A stretch of DNA of 24,000 nucleotides from Vibrio phage VP-1: the sequence record MH363700.1. One strand, 5' to 3'. Below the pieces are notes generated by a model. That model was given only the letters and a program-made list of their open reading frames with translations. It did not search any database and was not told where the DNA came from. Positions 23,113-24,000 of the stretch are shown here, in pieces. The position numbers and the translations under genes were made by a program. Within the stretch, counting starts at the first letter, position 1, and each line of letters starts with the position of its first letter.

Positions 23113-24000
23113 TAATCGTCAGCCTGCATGTTAGTTAGGCGTTCAACGTCTTCCGTTGTCATGATGACACGATTCTTGTTATGGAGTTCAAAGCGCGCAT
23201 TGACCGCATCAATGAAGTCAGGATTTTCCAGGAGTGGCATCCAGAAATCCGCATCCATATCAGCTTTGCGATGTTTCTTGACGTCTGTACCAAAGCCGGC
23301 CTTTTCAGTGTAAGCATACCAGCCAGAAGAAGGCATATCCACGAAACCAAGCAGACGGGCAATTTCCAACAGACCTGACCACTTCGCAATACCACCATCA
23401 TAGAAGATTTCAACAGGTAGTTTGACCTTTTCAACACAGTGACGAGATTTGTAAATGCCGATATTGAACGACCAACCAACAAGCTCTTTACCATCTTTGA
23501 TCTGTGAACGAGAAATGTTCCAGATAACGTCCGCAGATAGTTTAGTGTTTTTACCACCACCGATGATCAGTTCCGCGTACTGGTTGGCCATGTCATCGTA
23601 ACCACGGTTGATGTAGGATACCGGCATACGCAGGTGGTTGACATAACCAAGTGTGATGCGCCAGAATGAGTTGATAGCTTTCGCACGAGTGAAGTCGGCT
23701 TTAGATTCACCGGCAAGCGCGTCGTTTTTCTCTTTGTTTGAAGCCAGAAGACCTAGAGAGTCGATAACCAGCATTACTTTTTGACCAGGTTCAAACATGT
23801 CCAGTAGTTGGGTAACCTTTTGAATCATGTCTTCAACAGTGTAAACCGGTGTGTAAAGTACGCGATCCATATCGGCACCATACTGTTCCCAAAGTGGTTT
23901 GCTTGCACCTTTCTCGCTATCCGCAAAGATTACGATTGCTTCAGGATCATGTTTAAGGAACGCAACTGCATCCATAACCAGGAAACCAGATTTGTAACAG
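23112..24000 (-). CDS. UvsX/RecA-like recombinase, 5' end outside the window
   Basis: EAIVIFADSEKG, KVMLVIDSLGLLASNKEKNDALAGESKADFTRAKAINSFWRI, SYINRGYDDMANQYAELIIGGG. The frame stays open through 24000 (CYKSGFLV upstream of the Met at 23975). Confidence 0.9.
   Translation of the reverse strand, partial: CYKSGFLVMDAVAFLKHDPEAIVIFADSEKGASKPLWEQYGADMDRVLYTPVYTVEDMIQKVTQLLDMFEPGQKVMLVIDSLGLLASNKEKNDALAGESKADFTRAKAINSFWRITLGYVNHLRMPVSYINRGYDDMANQYAELIIGGGKNTKLSADVIWNISRSQIKDGKELVGWSFNIGIYKSRHCVEKVKLPVEIFYDGGIAKWSGLLEIARLLGFVDMPSSGWYAYTEKAGFGTDVKKHRKADMDADFWMPLLENPDFIDAVNARFELHNKNRVIMTTEDVERLTNMQADD

Noticed and set aside
1-24000. CRISPR array, tRNA or rRNA genes
   Set aside because: No regularly spaced direct repeats were seen, and no cloverleaf-like or rRNA-like segments were recognised by eye. 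A tRNAscan run would be needed to exclude a divergent tRNA.

Overview
The window appears to come from a tailed-phage genome, probably a large T4-like myovirus. Almost every credible gene is on the minus strand and packed into short operons separated by intrinsic terminators. Recognisable core genes, in minus-strand transcription order, are: a UvsX/RecA-like recombinase (cut by the window edge), a DnaB/gp41-like helicase, an rIIA-like GHKL ATPase, an rIIB-like protein, a gp39/gp60-like topoisomerase II large subunit in one ORF, a SprT-like metalloprotease, an HTH plus calcineurin-like phosphoesterase, an HNH homing-type endonuclease, and a gp61-like zinc-finger/TOPRIM primase. The most interesting accessory content is a possible counter-defence set. 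It comprises a DarG-like macrodomain protein (13904-14371), a NADAR-like protein (2156-2833), a small protein resembling the Acb2/Tad1 hairpin family (10335-10715, tentative), and the rIIA/rIIB pair. Sequence structure outside the genes includes a conserved promoter-plus-leader motif (TATAAT-like box ... CCTCATCGAAACAAACAACATCC...AAGGA), a perfect 41-bp terminator repeat, three perfect copies of the 16-mer AAACTTTTGAAGTTTT beside terminators, and a hairpin that could mask a ribosome-binding site. All functional calls come from motif recognition by eye. No database search or folding program was run.
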